Shown here: piece by piece, positions 61,901 to 64,000 of the stretch
Layout of the letters: each line of letters opens with the position of its first letter
Position numbering within the stretch: position 1 is the first letter of the stretch
Source: Camelus ferus
Lineage: Eukaryota
Assembly: GCF_009834535.1 (NCBI RefSeq)
Contig: NC_045708.1
Coordinates: 61,070,001-61,134,000, forward strand
Length of the DNA: 64,000 nt
Reading direction: 5' to 3'
Position numbers and translations under genes: made by a program
The notes under the pieces: generated by a model
The model's database searches: none
What the model was told of the DNA's origin: nothing
The model's input: only the letters and a program-made list of their open reading frames with translations

Positions 61901-62618
61901 TGTGGAATCCTGTATCAGTAAGTAGGAAGGTAAATTGAATTTTTGTGTCCTAGAGAATTAAATTATGCTGTATAATAGAGCCCTGCAAGCGTAAGTCAGA
62001 TATATGAAGGCTTGCTCAAGTGACAAGTTACAAATAACAGTGGTTCTGCAGCAAAGTAAGTGTTATGGATTTCAGGTTGAATTCTTCATGCAGTACGTAA
62101 TTAGATTTTATTAGCCAAAATTTTAGTTAATTAAACAAAAATCACATAGTTGCTCATCCTTATTTCAAATAAAACATTATGTCATGTGTAAGTGCCGGAT
62201 AAGCTAGATACAGCGTTACATGTTTATTTTATATACTTCAAGAAAATTTAAGAACATGGCTGTAGAAATAGTATTTTACCAGTTTTTTAATGTACTTTTA
62301 AATTCTCTTATCACATTTTACAATGCCTTTGTGTTAATGATGTCAGTAAAAAATGATGTTTAGCTTGTAGAGTTTTTGCTAGTTGGGTGGCAGGGAAAAA
62401 TGAATTATGAATTAATGAATGTATGAATTTTTAAAAACCCTGCTTTTGTCATATAAATATTTTTTTCAGAGTGGTCCATGATTTAGTGGAAGGAGTAGTA
62501 ACTTTGTTCTCCAAGGTTAAACTTAAGAAGGATTAAAATAATTCAGACCTGTATTTATGTTTTTAATCATTTACTCTTATATATACACATACATGTAATA
62601 AAACGTACAACATTAACT

Positions 62619-62622
<4 letters not shown>

Positions 62623-62668
<46 letters not shown>
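62623..62668. repeat. (AC)23 microsatellite
   Basis: Read directly. Confidence 0.97.
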
Positions 62669-62671
<3 letters not shown>

Positions 62672-62679
62672 GTATATCA

Positions 62680-63060
62680 CTTTCACAAGGGCAGGGATTT
62701 TGTTGTTGTTGTCTTGTTGTTGTCGTTGACTGACATGCAAGCACCTAGAACAATGCCTGGCTTGTATAGTAAGCATTCATTCTATGTCCATTACATGAAC
62801 AGCATAAATCTTTGAGGAGGGTCGTAATCTTAATAGTCAGAGAGGGGACAATAAACGGGTGTAATAGCAGGGTGATAAGTGCCATGGTGGTGCTCTGCCA
62901 GAGGCACTGGCTTAAAGGGCGGTTGAGTGAGTAGGTGTATGTCATGAGAAGCTTCTAGCCTGAAGTGATGATGATGCTTGAGCTGAATCTCAACATGAGC
63001 CGAACAAGCTGGGTAAAGGAATGGTGAGCATGGTGGTGGAGGGAAAAATCAGTGGAGAAA
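62680..63060. mobile_element. L2 fragments (a + strand 3' end followed by a minus-orientation piece)
   Basis: aagggcagggattttg...gcacctagaacaatgcctggc...; then gtcatgagaagcttctagcctgaagtgatg...ttgagctgaatct. Confidence 0.55.
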
Positions 63061-63088
63061 AAAAGCATGGATGTGGAGTAAAGTATTG

Positions 63089-63192
63089 CAATGGTTCTCA
63101 AACTCGAGTAGCAGCAGAATCACCTAGAAGGTCTGGGATGGGACCCAAGCCTTTGCATTTCTGGTGCATTTCTGGGGTGATGCTGATGCCGA
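63089..63192. mobile_element. MER5A-like MITE (internally deleted)
   Basis: caatggttctcaaactcgagtagcagcagaatcacctagaagg...ttgcatttct...ggtgatgctgatgc. Confidence 0.7.
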
Positions 63193-63561
63193 TACAGAAC
63201 CACTGTAATACCGTGTGTGGGGGCGGTTGGGGGGTACATGGGTGTGCATATGAGGTAACTTTTTAGAAGTTTTTTTGGAAACAAATGATTTAGTTCACTG
63301 TGATTCAGAAGTGGTAACCAGTTCTTTACTGGGAATTACTGTCTACACTTTTTCATATGGTTCTTTATCCCTCTGATCAGACTCCTCGGGCATAATTTTA
63401 GGCTTCAAAAATGGATTTTTTTACTCTTTTTTGACATTGTATTGAGAAAGGAAAAAAACTGGAAAATTAACTTCAGATTGGAAAAAACAGAAAGTATTTT
63501 TTATTAAGGGTAAATGTTATATTTTCAGAGCTCCTAAACCCTTGCTTCAAAGTTTGTCTCT

Positions 63562-63661
63562 CTCTCTGTCTTTTTTTTTTGAATGGAAGTACTGGGGATT
63601 GAACCCAGGACCTCCTGCATGCTAAGCGCACATTCTGCCTCTGAGCTCTACCCCCTCCCTC
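63562..63661 (-). mobile_element. tRNA-Ala-derived SINE (vic-1-like, short form); 72-nt tRNA-like body at 63584-63655
   Basis: Minus strand GGGGGTAGAGCTCAGAGGCAGAATGTGCGCTTAGCATGCAGGAGGTCCTGGGTTCAATCCCCAGTACTTCCA plus A10 tail; possible 9-bp TSD tttgtctct at 63553-63561 and 63662-63670. Confidence 0.85.
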
Positions 63662-64000
63662 TTTGTCTCTTCTCATTGTTATAACCTTATTCTTTTTCTT
63701 GTTCAGATGGACTACATGACCATTGCCATGATAATGCTGAATTGACTTACTGTAGGGACTTTAGATTTCCCAGTGTGGCAGAATTGACTACTTTTGTTCC
63801 TTTCAGTGTATTTGATTAGTTTAAAGTTAGGAGGTAAATTTTCAGCAAGGTGTATGGGGATTTGGCTGTATGACTCCTATTAAACTTAATGGGAGTCAGA
63901 ACTCCCATTAAATTAATAGGAATTGTACAGCATATCTGTGTTCGCTGCATATCAAATGTAACCTTATTTTTTAAATTTGCAAATTATGTAAATTAACATT

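Larger units (their letters stand above)
58931..64000 (+). other. ADGRL2: Start of the next ADGRL2 intron (continues past the window)
   Basis: Follows the donor at 58931; the expected next coding sequence (FSRAALPFGLVRRELSCEG) is absent from the window. Confidence 0.85.

Noticed and set aside
63584-63655. Functional tRNA-Ala(AGC) gene
   Set aside because: Broken anticodon stem, D-stem mismatch, poly(A) tail and flanking TSD indicate a SINE copy.
63879-63912. Two ATTAAA hexamers as poly(A) signals for an intronic terminal exon
   Set aside because: Both are integral parts of the palindrome arms, which explains them without invoking polyadenylation; not excluded but unsupported.
1-64000. Prokaryotic-type systems (CRISPR arrays, operons, rRNA), NUMT, or a second protein-coding gene
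   Set aside because: The sequence is clearly eutherian intronic/intergenic DNA; no regularly spaced repeats, mitochondrial-like sequence or additional supported coding exons were seen.

Overview
Mammalian genomic DNA, AT-rich apart from one large CpG island (~23.7-27.0 kb), from a draft assembly with seven short N gaps. Two tRNA-Ala-derived SINEs resemble the camelid vic-1 type, so the host is probably a camel or alpaca (inferred from memory, not verified). The window holds the 5' part of ADGRL2 (latrophilin-2/LPHN2) on the + strand: a CpG-island promoter with several candidate non-coding first exons, a ~33 kb intron, and the first coding exon (58758-58930) encoding the signal peptide [24 protein letters not shown](G). 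No other protein-coding exon is supported. The remaining ORFs are artefacts of GC content, repeats or N gaps. The rest is typical eutherian repeat content (MIR, L2, CR1/L3, L1, MaLR, MER5/MER58, Tigger). I found no convincing new biological system. The best second-look items are: (1) a layered uORF architecture in the ADGRL2 leader, including a GGC/poly-Gly frame cut off from an AUG by a single TAA; (2) a nested palindromic element at 63.86-63.94 kb; (3) a dense nuclear-receptor/ETS/STAT motif cluster at ~31.96 kb; (4) a fossil hAT transposase at ~15.4-15.8 kb. Repeat family names are from recall of consensus sequences and need RepeatMasker/Dfam confirmation.
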